Below are positions 28,574 to 39,946 of a stretch of DNA of 64,000 nt, piece by piece. The DNA is from Minisyncoccota bacterium. Its GTDB lineage: Bacteria > Patescibacteriota > Minisyncoccia > Phycocordibacterales > UBA9973. The notes below the pieces were generated by a model. That model searched no databases, had not been told where the DNA came from, and was given only the letters and a program-made list of their open reading frames with translations. The translations under genes and the position numbers were made by a program. The DNA lies in NCBI GenBank assembly GCA_028718635.1, contig JAQULK010000001.1, positions 316,692-380,691 of the forward strand. The letters run 5' to 3'. Numbering within the stretch: position 1 is the first letter of the stretch; each line of letters begins with the position of its first letter.

Positions 28574-31500
28574 ATGAAAACTTTAAACACAACTGAATTT
28601 GAGCAAATCGCTATTAGGCTTGCATCGCCTGAGCAAATCAAGGAATGGTCTTTTGGAGAAGTTACCAAACCGGAAACTATAAATTATCGCACCGGCAGAT
28701 CCGAGAGAGGAGGCTTGTTTGACGAGAAGATCTTTGGTCCTGAAAAGGATTATGAGTGTTATTGCGGAAAATATCGCCGAATTCGTTATAAAGACATTAT
28801 TTGTGAAAAATGCGGAGTGGAAGTTACACGTTCTATCGTTAGAAGAGAGCGCATGGGGCACATCGAGCTTTCTACCCCCGTTTCGCATATTTGGTTTTTG
28901 CGCGGAGTTCCTTCCCGAATGAGCATTCTTTTGAATATATCTGTTTCTGATCTTGAGAAAGTCATATATTTCGCGGGGTACATCATTACCAAGGTACACG
29001 AAGAAGAAAAAGAAGCAATTCTTTCCGGCTTAGACAAAGAGTACAAAATAAAATTAAAAAATTCTTCTGATGATGAAACTCGGGAAAAATTAAAAAATCT
29101 GCTTTCTATTACCAAGAAAGAAATTGGAGAAATTTATGAAGGAAAAGTTTTAAATGAAATTTCCTTTCATCATTATTCTTTAAAATACGGGACTTGTTTT
29201 GAAGCTAATATTGGAGCTGAAGCTATTTATTCTATTTTCAAAAATCTAGATTTAAATAAACTAAAAAATCTTACAGAAAAAATGCTTGTGGACGCTAGCG
29301 CAGTTGAAAAAGATAAACTACAAAAAAGGCTTTCCCTCATCCGCGCGATGACTTACGCGGGCATTCGACCAGAATGGATGTTTTTGACTGTTATTCCAGT
29401 CATTCCGCCGGTTTTGCGTCCGATGGTGGCCCTAGACGGTGGGCGCCATGCTTCAAGTGATTTAAATGATCTTTATCGCCGTGTCATAAATAGAAACAAT
29501 CGCTTAAAGAAATTAAAAGAAATTAATGCTCCGGATGTCATTTTAAGAAATGAAAAACGCATTATTCAAGAAGCAGTAGACGCTCTTATCGACAACTCGA
29601 TCGCCAAGCAAAATGATTCTGTGGCAATGAGCCAGTCTCAGAAACGTCCTCTCAAATCACTCTCCGATAACCTAAAATCCAAACAAGGCCTTTTCCGCCA
29701 AAATCTTTTAGGAAAACGAGTGGATTATTCAGGCCGCAGCGTCATTGTCGTCGGTCCTGAACTCAAATTAAATCAATGCGGGTTGCCAAAGCATATGGCT
29801 CTCGAGCTTTTCCGACCGTTTGTAATTTCAAAAATTTTACAAGCAGAACTTGCATTTAATATTCGCGGAGCAAACAAACTCATAGAAGAGCGTTCCCCTG
29901 AAGTGTGGGCAATATTAGAAGAAGTTATCCAAGGCAAATACGTGCTTCTTAACCGTGCACCGACTTTGCATCGCTTGGGTATTCAAGCTTTTAACCCAAT
30001 TTTAATTGAAGGAAATGCTATTCAAGTTCATCCGCTTGTTTGTCAGGCTTTCAACGCCGACTTCGACGGAGACCAGATGGCAGTGTATGTACCATTACTT
30101 GAAGAAGCGCAATTCGAAGCAAAAGAATTAATGGCATCGAATAAAAATTTGCTTAAACCCCAAAACGGAGATCCGATAGTACATCCTCGCATGGACATGG
30201 TGCTTGGCAGTTATTGGATGACCAAATCGGTTGATGGGGAAGTCGGTGAAGGCAAATATTTTCCCAATCCAAATACTGCTATAACCGCTTCTGACTATGG
30301 TATTGTTTCTCTTCGTGCCAAAATAAAGGTTCTAGCAACTGATACGCATAAATACAGAAAATTTAATGGAGGGATTTTTGAAACTTCTGTCGGCAAACTT
30401 CTCTTCAATAGTATTTTGCCGAATGATTTTTCTTATGTGAATGATGAAATGACTCAAAACAGACTTTCTTCTCTTTTAGATGAGATTATCGTTCATTCCG
30501 GAGTGGAAAATACTCCTCATATTTTGGATAAGATCAAAGCATTTGGATTCAAGTATTCTACGGTTTCTGGCACCACCTGGGGATTGGACAATACTAAAGT
30601 TCCTGAAGAAAAGAAAAAAATCATAGAAGAAGGCAAGAAATTAGAAGCCGATATGGTGGCGCAGTGGAGCGAGGGTCTGCTTTCTTTGGATGAAAGATAC
30701 CAAAAGATTATCGAGATCTGGACGCAGGTTAAGAAAAATCTAGAAAAAATCCTGCCAAATACGCTTGATAAAAAAGGTTCTACTTATGATTTATTTACTT
30801 CCAAAGCGAGAGGTACGATGAGCAGTTTGATGCAAATGACGGGGATGATTGGCCTTATCCAAAACAATCAGGGTAAAATTCTAGAATTTCCAATTATTCC
30901 TTGTTACCAAGAGGGTCTTTCTCCGATTGAATATTTCGTTATTACTCACGGTGCTCGTAAGGGCGCGTCTGATACGGCGCTCAATACTGCAAAAGCCGGA
31001 TATTTGACTCGAAGACTGGTAGATGTGGCTCAAGATGTGGTGATCACTGAAGAAGATTGCGGTACCAAAGAAGGCAAAATAGTTACCAAAGAAAATATTT
31101 CCGGAATTGAAATCCCGCTTTCTAAAAATATTCGAGGACGAGTTCTGGCGAAAGATTTAAAAGACAAAGATGGGAATGTTGTTTATAGCAGAGGATTTTT
31201 AATCACCAAAGAAGAAGCTTACAATATTGAAGGAGCAGGTTTTACCGAGGTATTCGTGCGTTCCCCTCTTACTTGTAAAACAGCGCATGGCCTTTGTGTC
31301 AATTGTTACGGACTTGATTTAGGGCGAAATCGTTTAGTAGAGCTTGGCGAGGCTGTCGGTATAATTGCCGCTCAAGCTATCGGAGAACCTGGTACTCAGT
31401 TGACGCTCCGCACTTTCCACGCTGGAGGTGTGGCAGGAACAGACATCACCACAGGCTTGCCTCGTGTTGAAGAAATTTTTGAAAGACGTATTCCTAAAAA

Positions 31501-32194
31501 CCCCGCTATTATTTCCGAGACTGACGGAGAAGTAATCTCTATTACAAGCAAGGAAGGTAAAGAAAATGTAAAAGAAAAAATAATTAAAGTGTTATCTGAC
31601 AGTAAAGCCGATGGCAAAGCAAATGAGATAGAATATCTGGTGGCCTTTCGCAGAACGCCTATTGTCAAAGTCGGGGATGCGGTAAAGAAGGGGCAGCTTT
31701 TAACTGACGGGTCAGCCGATATTGCCGAGATGTTCAGATTGGGAAATAAAGAATTAGTGGAAGAATATATTATTGAAGAAATTAATAAAGTTTATGAGCT
31801 TCAAAGCGCTTCAATTTCTAGAAAACACACTGAAATTATTATTCGTCAAATGTTTTCACGCAGAAAAATAAAAGATGCCGGTGAGACCAATTTTTCTGCC
31901 GGAGACATAGTTGAGAATACCGCTTTCATAGAAGAAAATGCCAGAGTGAAAGAAATAGATGGAAAAGAAGCAAAAGCGGAGATAGTAGTGCTCGGTATTA
32001 CGGAAGTTTCTCTCCGCACCAAGAGCTGGCTCTCAGCTGCGTCATTCCAAAATACTAATCGTGTCTTAATAGAAAATGCCATCAAGGGCGGCGTGGATTC
32101 GCTCCGAGGTCTAAAAGAAAATGTCATCATCGGACGCTTGATTCCAGCCGGAACAGGGTTTAAGAATAAGTTTGTGAGCGCAAAAGAAGAATAA
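28574..32194 (+). CDS. rpoC: RNA polymerase beta' subunit
   Basis: [38 protein letters not shown]. Confidence 0.99.
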   Translation: MKTLNTTEFEQIAIRLASPEQIKEWSFGEVTKPETINYRTGRSERGGLFDEKIFGPEKDYECYCGKYRRIRYKDIICEKCGVEVTRSIVRRERMGHIELSTPVSHIWFLRGVPSRMSILLNISVSDLEKVIYFAGYIITKVHEEEKEAILSGLDKEYKIKLKNSSDDETREKLKNLLSITKKEIGEIYEGKVLNEISFHHYSLKYGTCFEANIGAEAIYSIFKNLDLNKLKNLTEKMLVDASAVEKDKLQKRLSLIRAMTYAGIRPEWMFLTVIPVIPPVLRPMVALDGGRHASSDLNDLYRRVINRNNRLKKLKEINAPDVILRNEKRIIQEAVDALIDNSIAKQNDSVAMSQSQKRPLKSLSDNLKSKQGLFRQNLLGKRVDYSGRSVIVVGPELKLNQCGLPKHMALELFRPFVISKILQAELAFNIRGANKLIEERSPEVWAILEEVIQGKYVLLNRAPTLHRLGIQAFNPILIEGNAIQVHPLVCQAFNADFDGDQMAVYVPLLEEAQFEAKELMASNKNLLKPQNGDPIVHPRMDMVLGSYWMTKSVDGEVGEGKYFPNPNTAITASDYGIVSLRAKIKVLATDTHKYRKFNGGIFETSVGKLLFNSILPNDFSYVNDEMTQNRLSSLLDEIIVHSGVENTPHILDKIKAFGFKYSTVSGTTWGLDNTKVPEEKKKIIEEGKKLEADMVAQWSEGLLSLDERYQKIIEIWTQVKKNLEKILPNTLDKKGSTYDLFTSKARGTMSSLMQMTGMIGLIQNNQGKILEFPIIPCYQEGLSPIEYFVITHGARKGASDTALNTAKAGYLTRRLVDVAQDVVITEEDCGTKEGKIVTKENISGIEIPLSKNIRGRVLAKDLKDKDGNVVYSRGFLITKEEAYNIEGAGFTEVFVRSPLTCKTAHGLCVNCYGLDLGRNRLVELGEAVGIIAAQAIGEPGTQLTLRTFHAGGVAGTDITTGLPRVEEIFERRIPKNPAIISETDGEVISITSKEGKENVKEKIIKVLSDSKADGKANEIEYLVAFRRTPIVKVGDAVKKGQLLTDGSADIAEMFRLGNKELVEEYIIEEINKVYELQSASISRKHTEIIIRQMFSRRKIKDAGETNFSAGDIVENTAFIEENARVKEIDGKEAKAEIVVLGITEVSLRTKSWLSAASFQNTNRVLIENAIKGGVDSLRGLKENVIIGRLIPAGTGFKNKFVSAKEE

Positions 32195-32199
32195 AAATT

Positions 32200-34053
32200 A
32201 TGAACTCTCCTGTCCAACAAATTAAGGAGAGGCTATCAATTGAAGAAGTAGTCTCTTCTTATATAAAGCTAGAAAAGGCAGGCGCAAACCTAAAAGCAAA
32301 ATGCCCGTTTCATAACGAAAAAACTCCTTCCTTTTTTATTTCCCCTGATCGAGGCACTTACTATTGTTTTGGATGCGGGGTAAAGGGCGATATTTTTACT
32401 TTCGTAGAAGAATTTGAAGGTCTTGATTTTAGAGGAGCTCTTAAATTGCTTGCCAGCAGAGCGGGAATTGTTTTGGAATCTTACAATCCGAAAGATCAAA
32501 GAAATCAGAGCGAAAAAGAAAGATTATATGAAGTCATGGAAGAAGCGACTGTTTTTTTTGAGAAGAATTTAAAAGAAAATCCGGAAGTTTCATCTTATCT
32601 AAAAAATAGGGGGCTGAATGATGAAAGTATAAAAAATTTCCGTATTGGTTTTGCCTTATTGGAGTGGCGTAAACTTTATGATTATTTAAAATCTAAAAAT
32701 TTTTCTGACAGTGAAATAGAAAAAGCAGGACTTGCAAAGACCCCCTCCGCCGTTGGCACCTCCCCCTTGATAAGGGGGAGGCTGGGTGGGGGTCTGTATG
32801 ACAGATTTCGTGGACGAATAATGTTTCCTATCTCGGATTCTAGCGGACGGGTTATTGCTTTTTCCGGAAGAATCTTTGTTGATGACGGAAAGTCTGCGAA
32901 ATACCTAAATAGCCCTGAAACTTCTATCTTTAATAAATCCGCTGTTCTTTTCGGCATAGATAAAGCTAAAGACCCCATTCGGAAAAATGACTTTTCTATC
33001 TTAGTTGAAGGTCAAATGGATTTGATTTTATCTCACCAAGCAGGATTTAAAAATACCGTAGCTTCCTCGGGGACAGCCATGACTGATTCAGTATTGTCAA
33101 AAGAAAATATTATAAATAACCTAGGACTTATCACCAGATTGTCAAAGAACATGGTCCTTGCTTATGATGCTGATAGAGCGGGGGTGAGTGCGACTAACCG
33201 TTTTGCTAAGATTGCATTATCTTTGGGTATGGATGTAAAGGTGGCAGATATACCCGAGGGAATGGATCCGGCTGATTTGATTTCCCGTGGCTATAGCCAA
33301 ATGGGCGAGGCAAAAGTTGGAGTGGATGCCTGGCGGGAAGCGATAAGGAATTCGAAACATTTTATCGAATTTATGCTGCTGAGGATCTTAAAAGATACTA
33401 ATTCTGACAATAGAAAGGCTGGCAGGGAAATAAAGGAACGCTTGCTTCCTTTTGTGAATGAGATAGAAAGCTCCATAGAAAAATCACATTTCATTACATT
33501 AATCAGTAATAAATCAGGGATTCCTGAAAATGCCCTGATGGAAGATTTGAAAAAAGTAGAAACTGAATTTAAGAATGAAAAAGAAGATATCAAAATCGCC
33601 AAAGAAAATATAGAGAAAAAATTAAGAAAAGACCCGATCGAGCGAAGGCTTTTAGGTATAGCTTTTTGGCAAGAGAGTCTGTCGGACGTTGGACGTCCGA
33701 AATTCGGACGTCCAACGTCCGACAAAACGTCCGACAAACCTAGAATTGATCCAGAATTGATTTTTAAAAAATTAGAAAAAGCAAAAGAAAATGTTAAAGA
33801 AAAATATAAAGACAGGAGAGAGGATTTGATTTATGAGGTAGAAGAATTTTACTCAAATAATGAAAATCTGGAAAAAGACGTAGAGGAAATGCTGCTCAAT
33901 ATAGAGGAAGAATATTTAAATGAAGAATTTAGCATTAAGATGATAGAATACCAGAATTGCAAAGATAAAATAGAAAAGGAAGAAATTTTTAAAAAAATAA
34001 GTGAAATAACAAAAAGAAAAGAAGATATTAAAAATAGTCGTATAAGAAAATAA
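32200..34053 (+). CDS. dnaG: DNA primase
   Basis: CPFHNEKTPSF, CFGC, DRFRGRIMFPI, KYLNSPET, VEGQMD, YDADRAG. Confidence 0.97.
   Translation: MNSPVQQIKERLSIEEVVSSYIKLEKAGANLKAKCPFHNEKTPSFFISPDRGTYYCFGCGVKGDIFTFVEEFEGLDFRGALKLLASRAGIVLESYNPKDQRNQSEKERLYEVMEEATVFFEKNLKENPEVSSYLKNRGLNDESIKNFRIGFALLEWRKLYDYLKSKNFSDSEIEKAGLAKTPSAVGTSPLIRGRLGGGLYDRFRGRIMFPISDSSGRVIAFSGRIFVDDGKSAKYLNSPETSIFNKSAVLFGIDKAKDPIRKNDFSILVEGQMDLILSHQAGFKNTVASSGTAMTDSVLSKENIINNLGLITRLSKNMVLAYDADRAGVSATNRFAKIALSLGMDVKVADIPEGMDPADLISRGYSQMGEAKVGVDAWREAIRNSKHFIEFMLLRILKDTNSDNRKAGREIKERLLPFVNEIESSIEKSHFITLISNKSGIPENALMEDLKKVETEFKNEKEDIKIAKENIEKKLRKDPIERRLLGIAFWQESLSDVGRPKFGRPTSDKTSDKPRIDPELIFKKLEKAKENVKEKYKDRREDLIYEVEEFYSNNENLEKDVEEMLLNIEEEYLNEEFSIKMIEYQNCKDKIEKEEIFKKISEITKRKEDIKNSRIRK
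32738..32795 (+). repeat. Family E element in frame in dnaG (TPSAVGTSPLIRGRLGGG)
   Basis: AGACCCCC...CCTCCCCCTTGATAAGGGGGAGG...GGGGGTCT. Confidence 0.85.
33284..33311 (+). repeat. Degenerate family G element in frame in dnaG (RGYSQMGEA)
   Basis: CCCGTGGCTATAGCCAAATGGGCGAGGC aligns to the family G consensus. Confidence 0.6.
33680..33724 (+). repeat. 45-nt palindrome in frame in dnaG (SDVGRPKFGRPTSD)
   Basis: Perfect 22-bp arms around 1 nt, followed by a partial duplication. Confidence 0.85.
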
Positions 34054-34081
34054 ACTACGAGCTTAACGGTACATAAAATAT

Positions 34082-35350
34082 ATGAAAAAAATAAAAAACA
34101 AAAAGAAAATAAAAAAGGCAGTAAGAAAAGTTGTAAAAAAGATAAAAAAAGTTCAGAAAAAGCAAAAGATACCTGCCCGCAATGCTACGCATAGCGTTGC
34201 AGGCGGGAAGAAAATGAAAAAGACAGCAAAGAAGAGCAAGACTGTCAAAAAAGAAAAAATTAAAAAATTGTCTTCTGCCGAGAAAAAGGCTGAAAAATTA
34301 GATGCTTTGGCAAATAGTCTTATAGAAAAAGGAAGAAAACGCGGATTTATCACTTATGATGAGATATTGAAAACTTTTCCGGATATTGAAAACAATATTT
34401 TATTTTTGGATGAGCTTTATGAAAAGTTTTCAATAGCTTCCATTGATGTTCTAGAAGGAGGAAATTTACTCAATTTAGATATTGATCTAAATGATAAAGA
34501 TTTGAATAAAGGGAATATGCATGATTCTATCCAGATGTATTTGAAGGAGATAGGGCAGTATCCTTTAATTTACGCTAGTGATGAAAAAGATTTAGCCAAG
34601 CGCATTGAGCATGGTGATGTAGAAGCGAAGAACTTATTAGCACGGGCAAATTTGCGTCTGGTTGTTTCTATCGCAAAAAAATACGTGGGCAGAAGTGCGA
34701 ATTTGACCTTGCTTGATTTGATTCAAGAAGGGAACCTCGGATTGTTTAAGGCGGTTGAAAAATTTGATTGGACTAAAGGCTATAAATTTTCTACTTATGC
34801 CACTTGGTGGATTCGCCAGTCTATCACTCGGGCATTAGCAGATCAGTCTAGAACCATTCGTATTCCGGTGCACATGGTAGAGACAATTTCTAAATATAAG
34901 CAAACCCATCGCCGGCTTTCTCAGGACTTGGGTAGAGAACCGCTTGCTGAAGAGATTGCGACTGAAATGGGTATCCCAGTTGAAAAAATTCATGTCATTG
35001 AAAACATCTCGCAGGAAACAGTCTCCCTCGAACAGCCAGTCGGAGATGATGATGATAAATCTACACTAGAGAATTTCATTCCGGACGATAAGATTTTACG
35101 TCCAGATCAAGAATCTTCTAGAAGAATTCTATCTGATCAAATCCGGGAAGTGCTAGATGAATTAAACCCAAAAGAAAGAAAAATTTTAGAAATGCGTTAT
35201 GGTTTGCTCGATGGCATTCAGCACACCTTGGAAAGGGTGGGGGAAGAGTTTGGAGTAACCCGTGAGCGTATTCGTCAAATCGAAGCGAAAGTTCACGAAA
35301 AACTCCGCCAACACGAAAAGATCGCCAGACTAAAAAATTACTTTGATTAA
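34082..35350 (+). CDS. rpoD: Primary sigma factor with a Lys-rich N-terminal extension
   Basis: [42 protein letters not shown]; dnaG-rpoD synteny. Confidence 0.96.
   Translation: MKKIKNKKKIKKAVRKVVKKIKKVQKKQKIPARNATHSVAGGKKMKKTAKKSKTVKKEKIKKLSSAEKKAEKLDALANSLIEKGRKRGFITYDEILKTFPDIENNILFLDELYEKFSIASIDVLEGGNLLNLDIDLNDKDLNKGNMHDSIQMYLKEIGQYPLIYASDEKDLAKRIEHGDVEAKNLLARANLRLVVSIAKKYVGRSANLTLLDLIQEGNLGLFKAVEKFDWTKGYKFSTYATWWIRQSITRALADQSRTIRIPVHMVETISKYKQTHRRLSQDLGREPLAEEIATEMGIPVEKIHVIENISQETVSLEQPVGDDDDKSTLENFIPDDKILRPDQESSRRILSDQIREVLDELNPKERKILEMRYGLLDGIQHTLERVGEEFGVTRERIRQIEAKVHEKLRQHEKIARLKNYFD
34172..34207 (+). repeat. 36-nt CCTGCCC element in frame in rpoD ([12 protein letters not shown])
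   Basis: CCTGCCCGCAATGCTACGCATAGCGTTGCAGGCGGG hairpin. Confidence 0.85.
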
Positions 35351-36127
35351 TTATTGCAACGCAGAATCGATTTTTGGTTTTACTGTGCTCCAGGATTCTG
35401 CTCCATCTATAGTTCCTGCAATCTTATTATCTCTTAATATAAATCCTTTTGGAGTGCCAGTTACACCAGCGGTAGTTCCTTCAGTTTTAGAATCCGTAAC
35501 AGCTTCCGTATATTTGCCACTATCCAGACATTTATTAAACTCGGATGTGTCTAACCCAAGTGTCTTCGCGAAAAATTTTAAATTAGTATCCGAGAAGCCT
35601 CCCTTATTTTCTCCATTTTGGTGTCCATAGAGATAGTTATAATATTCCCAAAATTTTCCCTGATCTCCAGCGCACCTTGCGGCCTCGGAGGCTTTCACGG
35701 ATTCTGGACCGAGAAAAGTAAAATCTCTGTAAACAAACAAAACTTTCCCAGTATTTACATAATTATTTATAATCTCAGGCATAAAAGGAGTCCATGTGGG
35801 ATCATTTTTTTTAAGATAATCCATTACGGGTTTCATGGAAGGTGAGTTGAGCTCAAGTCCAGTTACTGCTCCGCAAAACGGACATTGAAAATCTTCATAC
35901 ATAATGAGAGTGACTTTTGCTTGCGGGTTTCCTAGGGTTTTATCTTCTTTTCCGACTGGTGCCAAGGTAGCAGTTGTTACTGGAATTCCATTTATTACTG
36001 GAACCCCTTTCTCATTTGCTTGGGGATTTTTAGGGATTGAGCTGCCTTTTAGTAAAATTGCTCCAGCTATTAAGACTCCTACTATAATAATTGCACTAAC
36101 TATTGATTTTTGACTATTATTTTCCAT
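35351..36127 (-). CDS. DsbA-family thioredoxin-fold oxidoreductase
   Basis: N-terminal TM, EDFQCPFC, GTP cis-Pro motif. Confidence 0.88.
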   Translation of the reverse strand: MENNSQKSIVSAIIIVGVLIAGAILLKGSSIPKNPQANEKGVPVINGIPVTTATLAPVGKEDKTLGNPQAKVTLIMYEDFQCPFCGAVTGLELNSPSMKPVMDYLKKNDPTWTPFMPEIINNYVNTGKVLFVYRDFTFLGPESVKASEAARCAGDQGKFWEYYNYLYGHQNGENKGGFSDTNLKFFAKTLGLDTSEFNKCLDSGKYTEAVTDSKTEGTTAGVTGTPKGFILRDNKIAGTIDGAESWSTVKPKIDSALQ

Positions 36128-36218
36128 ATTTCTTTAATTAAATTTGTAATACACTATTGTAGCATATTTTATAAAAAGTAGTATAATATGGGTATTAATA
36201 ATTTAATTAATAAAATAT

Positions 36219-36512
36219 ATGGATATGAATAAATGCAAAGGTATGTGTGTCTGTTCTAAGATTGGTAAAATCCTATTAATCATAGGAGGCTTAAATTGGG
36301 GCTTAGTCGGTATTGGAATGTTGATAGGCAGTGGGGATTCATGGAATGTCGTTCGAATGATTTTTGGAACAATGCCAGTGGTTGAAGGAATAATTTATGT
36401 TCTTGTGGGTATTGCAGCCATCATGGGTATTTTTGGTTGCAGATGCAAGAAAAATATGGAAGCGCGCGCTGCTTGTTGCGGAGGGGTAGAAAAGATGGAA
36501 GGAAAGATGTAA
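36219..36512 (+). CDS. DUF378-family small membrane protein
   Basis: LLIIGGLNWGLVG...IYVLVGIAA. Confidence 0.8.
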   Translation: MDMNKCKGMCVCSKIGKILLIIGGLNWGLVGIGMLIGSGDSWNVVRMIFGTMPVVEGIIYVLVGIAAIMGIFGCRCKKNMEARAACCGGVEKMEGKM

Positions 36513-36530
36513 TTTGAGCATATTTAAGTT

Positions 36531-36566
36531 GCAAAACTCCTCCGACCCAGGTCGGAGGAGTTTTGC
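36531..36566 (+). terminator. Intrinsic terminator containing a CCGACCCAGGTCGG palindrome
   Basis: GCAAAACTCCTCCGACC-CA-GGTCGGAGGAGTTTTGC. Confidence 0.75.
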
Positions 36567-36602
36567 GTTAAAGCCTAAAAAATGCTATGATATTGCCAGT
36601 AG

Positions 36603-37847
36603 ATGACTTCAATTTTTGACCTTATATTTTATATTTTGATCTTTTTATCTGTCTACGCGCAGGTGTTTTTTCTTATTACTTTTCTTGAGAATAGAAAAAA
36701 AATAGTCATCAGAAATGGAAAAATAACCTTAAAGGATTATCCGGCTGTGACTATTGCCGTGCCTTGTTGGAATGAAGAAAATACAGTTGAAAAAACAGTA
36801 AATTCTTTGCTCGGTTTGAATTATCCGAAAGACAAGCTTCAAATATTTTTGATTGACGATGGTTCTACGGACGGCACCTTCGAGGTGATAAATAAGTTTA
36901 AAGATTTTACAAATATAAAAGTTTTTCAAAAAGAAAACGGAGGCAAGTTTACCGCGCTCAATTTAGCGCTCGAGCATTGTGAGACGGATTTCTTCGGCGG
37001 TCTTGATGCTGATTCTTTTGCAGATTCCGAATCCCTTATTCGTATTATGAGTTATTTTGAAAAAGATTCTAACATTATGGCGGTCGTTCCGTCTGTGATT
37101 GTTTCTAACTCAAAAAATATTCTAAAAAAGGCGCAAAAAGCCGAATACAGCATGGGTGTTTATTTCAAAAAAATGCTTTGTTTTCTGGGAGCTATCAACG
37201 TAACTCCGGGGCCGATGACGATCTTTAAGAAAAAAGTTTTTGATAATTTAGGAGGTTACTGCCATGGTCACAATACGGAAGACATGGAGATCGCTTACCG
37301 TATGCAAAAAAATAGATATATAATAGAACATTGCAATGACGCATATATTTATACAAACACTCCTGAAACAGCCAAAAAGCTCTACAAACAAAGGATCCGT
37401 TGGATTTATGGTTTTATTAACAACACCATAGATTATCGAAAAGTTTTATTTAAGAAAAAATACGGGAACTTCGCTCTTTTCACTTTACCTTTGGGTGTTA
37501 TCTCTATATTTTCCATTGTTTATCTTTTTGGAAGAATCGTTTATAATTTTGGAAATTTCCTATATACAAAGATTATTCAATTTGAGACAGTCGGCTTTAT
37601 TTTTAAATTGAAAAGTTTTGTTTTTGATCCTTTTTTCATAAATACGCAGTTCTTTGTATTCTTGTTTCTCTCTATTTATATTTTGGTGATTTTTGCCATG
37701 ATCTTGGGGCAGAAAATGACAGAAGGGAAGTGGAGCTTGTCTTTAGATATGGTTTATTTCTTTCCAGTTTTTACTATCATTGCCCCATTTTGGCTTATTA
37801 GGGCATTTTATAATACGCTTATCCAGCGAAAGCCAGCCTGGAGATAG
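36603..37847 (+). CDS. Glycosyltransferase family 2 (processive, IcaA/cellulose-synthase-like)
   Basis: DDGSTD, DAD, TED, QRIRW (QxxRW), multiple TM segments. Confidence 0.9.
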   Translation: MTSIFDLIFYILIFLSVYAQVFFLITFLENRKKIVIRNGKITLKDYPAVTIAVPCWNEENTVEKTVNSLLGLNYPKDKLQIFLIDDGSTDGTFEVINKFKDFTNIKVFQKENGGKFTALNLALEHCETDFFGGLDADSFADSESLIRIMSYFEKDSNIMAVVPSVIVSNSKNILKKAQKAEYSMGVYFKKMLCFLGAINVTPGPMTIFKKKVFDNLGGYCHGHNTEDMEIAYRMQKNRYIIEHCNDAYIYTNTPETAKKLYKQRIRWIYGFINNTIDYRKVLFKKKYGNFALFTLPLGVISIFSIVYLFGRIVYNFGNFLYTKIIQFETVGFIFKLKSFVFDPFFINTQFFVFLFLSIYILVIFAMILGQKMTEGKWSLSLDMVYFFPVFTIIAPFWLIRAFYNTLIQRKPAWR

Positions 37848-37883
37848 AATCAATTTAAAATTACGAATTACGAATTTAAAATT

Positions 37884-38591
37884 ATGAACTCAAATAATAT
37901 AGATTGGAAAAAATATTTGATTGTATTGCTGATAACCGCCGGGCTTTTTATAACTGCTATTTATTTGAGCAATTATTTTGGCAATCAAAAAATCAATCAA
38001 TTAAAAACAATTCAAGATAAAATAGCTATAGATATATTGTCTTCCGAAACTCAATTTTCTCTTCTCTCTGAACTTTCTTGTAAAAGCATTTCTGATTCTG
38101 TTTTTTCGAGCGAGCTCGGAGAACTCGGCAGCAAGCTAGAATGGAGCGAAAACAATTTAGGTTCTTCGGCTACAGACGAAGTGACTTATTTAAAGAAGTA
38201 CTATTCTTTATTGCAAATTAAAGATTATTTGCTGACGAAAAAGATTTCTTCAAGATGTGGAACAAAGTCTGCCTTTATTCTCTATTTTTATACTACCGCC
38301 CAAAACTGCAGTGATTGCGAGAAGCAAGGCCTAGTGCTTTCGACGCTTCGTTCGGAATATCCCGAGCTTCGCGTGTATTCTTTTGATTACAGTACCGATC
38401 TTTCCGCTGTTACCTCTATGCTTCAGATTTATAAAATAAAAGACACAGAGCTTCCTGCTTTAGTCATAGACGATGAGGTGTTGACCGGTTTCCAAAGCTT
38501 AATAGATCTAGAAAATCGAGTTCAAGAATCTTTCAAGCTCCAGCAGGGAACACCAACTCAACAAAAAGTTTCAACGCCTAAGAAACAATAA
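37884..38591 (+). CDS. Membrane-anchored hypothetical protein with a thioredoxin-like CxxC
   Basis: N-terminal TM, LYFY...CSDC, LPALVID. Confidence 0.7.
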   Translation: MNSNNIDWKKYLIVLLITAGLFITAIYLSNYFGNQKINQLKTIQDKIAIDILSSETQFSLLSELSCKSISDSVFSSELGELGSKLEWSENNLGSSATDEVTYLKKYYSLLQIKDYLLTKKISSRCGTKSAFILYFYTTAQNCSDCEKQGLVLSTLRSEYPELRVYSFDYSTDLSAVTSMLQIYKIKDTELPALVIDDEVLTGFQSLIDLENRVQESFKLQQGTPTQQKVSTPKKQ

Positions 38592-38600
38592 ACGAATTTC

Positions 38601-38676
38601 TGGAGCCGCCTCTCGGATTCGAACCGAGGACCTTCACTTTACAAAAGTGTTGCTCTACCAACTGAGCTAAGGCGGC
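38601..38676 (-). tRNA. tRNA-Thr(UGU)
   Basis: GCCGCCT acceptor stem, anticodon TGT, GTTCGAATC T-loop, encoded CCA. Confidence 0.93.
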
Positions 38677-38687
38677 AATTATTTTTT

Positions 38688-39122
38688 TTACAAATTCTCT
38701 TCTTCCCTTATTTTGTGTCTTATTTCTCTGATTTTTTGTTTGTATTCTGAGATGATTTTTAAGAATTTTGGGACTTCTTGTTTTTCTTTTATCACACTAT
38801 TACTTCTTATTTTTTTACAGTAGATTTCTTTTATTTTTATTTTTACTTGTTCGTATTTATTTTTTATAAAATTGGAAGATCTGACATAAATTCTAACAAT
38901 TGTGACCAGCCCAGTGTATCTGTGTTTCTTGATTGTTTTGACAGCGGAATGTTTTAACTCTTCGAAATATTGCGCTTTTAAAAAAGTTTCCTCATTGTCA
39001 TTGTAGGATATTTGTCCGCTCTGAAGCATCAACAGCTTCTTTCCGATCATGAAAGTGATTCCAATAAATGATCCAAAAAACAAAATTAAAATAAGATACA
39101 TATTGTTTATTATATTGAACAA
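38688..39122 (-). CDS. Hypothetical membrane protein; start may be 39101
   Basis: N-terminal TM and basic tail, downstream of tsf. Confidence 0.65.
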   Translation of the reverse strand: MFNIINNMYLILILFFGSFIGITFMIGKKLLMLQSGQISYNDNEETFLKAQYFEELKHSAVKTIKKHRYTGLVTIVRIYVRSSNFIKNKYEQVKIKIKEIYCKKIRSNSVIKEKQEVPKFLKIISEYKQKIREIRHKIREEENL

Positions 39123-39901
39123 ACCTTTACTTCTTTGATTTTTGCGTGATTATTTTCTAGAAGCTTGCCCACTGTTATCTCTCCATCTTTTATAAATATT
39201 TGGTTAACTAAGGTTTTTTCTTTGAAATAGGTTGCCATTTTTCCATCCAACATCTTTTTCTTTATTTCTGCAGGCTTGTCGACATTAGCAACTTCTTTTT
39301 CGAAAATCTCTTGCATTGTTTTTTTAGCATCGTCAGTTATTTCTGCTTCTGTAATATATTCTGGTTTCATGGCGGTTATGTGCATGGCTACATCTTTTGC
39401 GAGCTCTGCATTGCCTCCTTCTAATGAAACAATCACCCCTGTCTTATTGTTGTGGACATAATTTCCCAACACGCTCCCCATTACTTCGTACACATCGCCC
39501 AATTGAATATTTTCTCCAGTTTTTTGAATTATGGGATTTATTATATCTTTTGCATCCATTTTTATTTTTTCCACTCCTTCCTCTAATGCTTTATTGGCGA
39601 GAGTTTCAAGCAAGGCCACAAAGTCTTCGTTTTTAGCGACGAAATCAGTTTCGCAAAGCAGGGAAATCAATACTGCTTTATTCGTTTCGTCTTCATTTTT
39701 GACTTTTATTGCCACTCTTCCCTCAGAGACTGCGCGATTGACTTTCTTTAATGCGATGTCCGAACTAGTCTTTTTTAGGATAGCCAGAGCTTTTTTCATA
39801 TCACCCTCAGCTTCTTCGAGAGCGTGTTTGCATTGCATTACTGAGATGCCCGTGGCATCTCTTAATTCCTTTATCTGTTCAGTTGTTATTTGTATTGACA
39901 T
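39110..39901 (-). CDS. tsf: Elongation factor Ts
   Basis: IKELRDATG, CETDFVAKN, VAMHI. Confidence 0.97.
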   Translation of the reverse strand: MSIQITTEQIKELRDATGISVMQCKHALEEAEGDMKKALAILKKTSSDIALKKVNRAVSEGRVAIKVKNEDETNKAVLISLLCETDFVAKNEDFVALLETLANKALEEGVEKIKMDAKDIINPIIQKTGENIQLGDVYEVMGSVLGNYVHNNKTGVIVSLEGGNAELAKDVAMHITAMKPEYITEAEITDDAKKTMQEIFEKEVANVDKPAEIKKKMLDGKMATYFKEKTLVNQIFIKDGEITVGKLLENNHAKIKEVKVCSI

Positions 39902-39916
39902 AATAAAAACTCTTTT

Positions 39917-39938
39917 ACCTGCCTGCCGGCAGGCAGGT
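39917..39938. repeat. Perfect 22-bp palindrome between rpsB and tsf
   Basis: ACCTGCCTGCCGGCAGGCAGGT. Confidence 0.85.
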
Positions 39939-39946
39939 TTGCTCTG

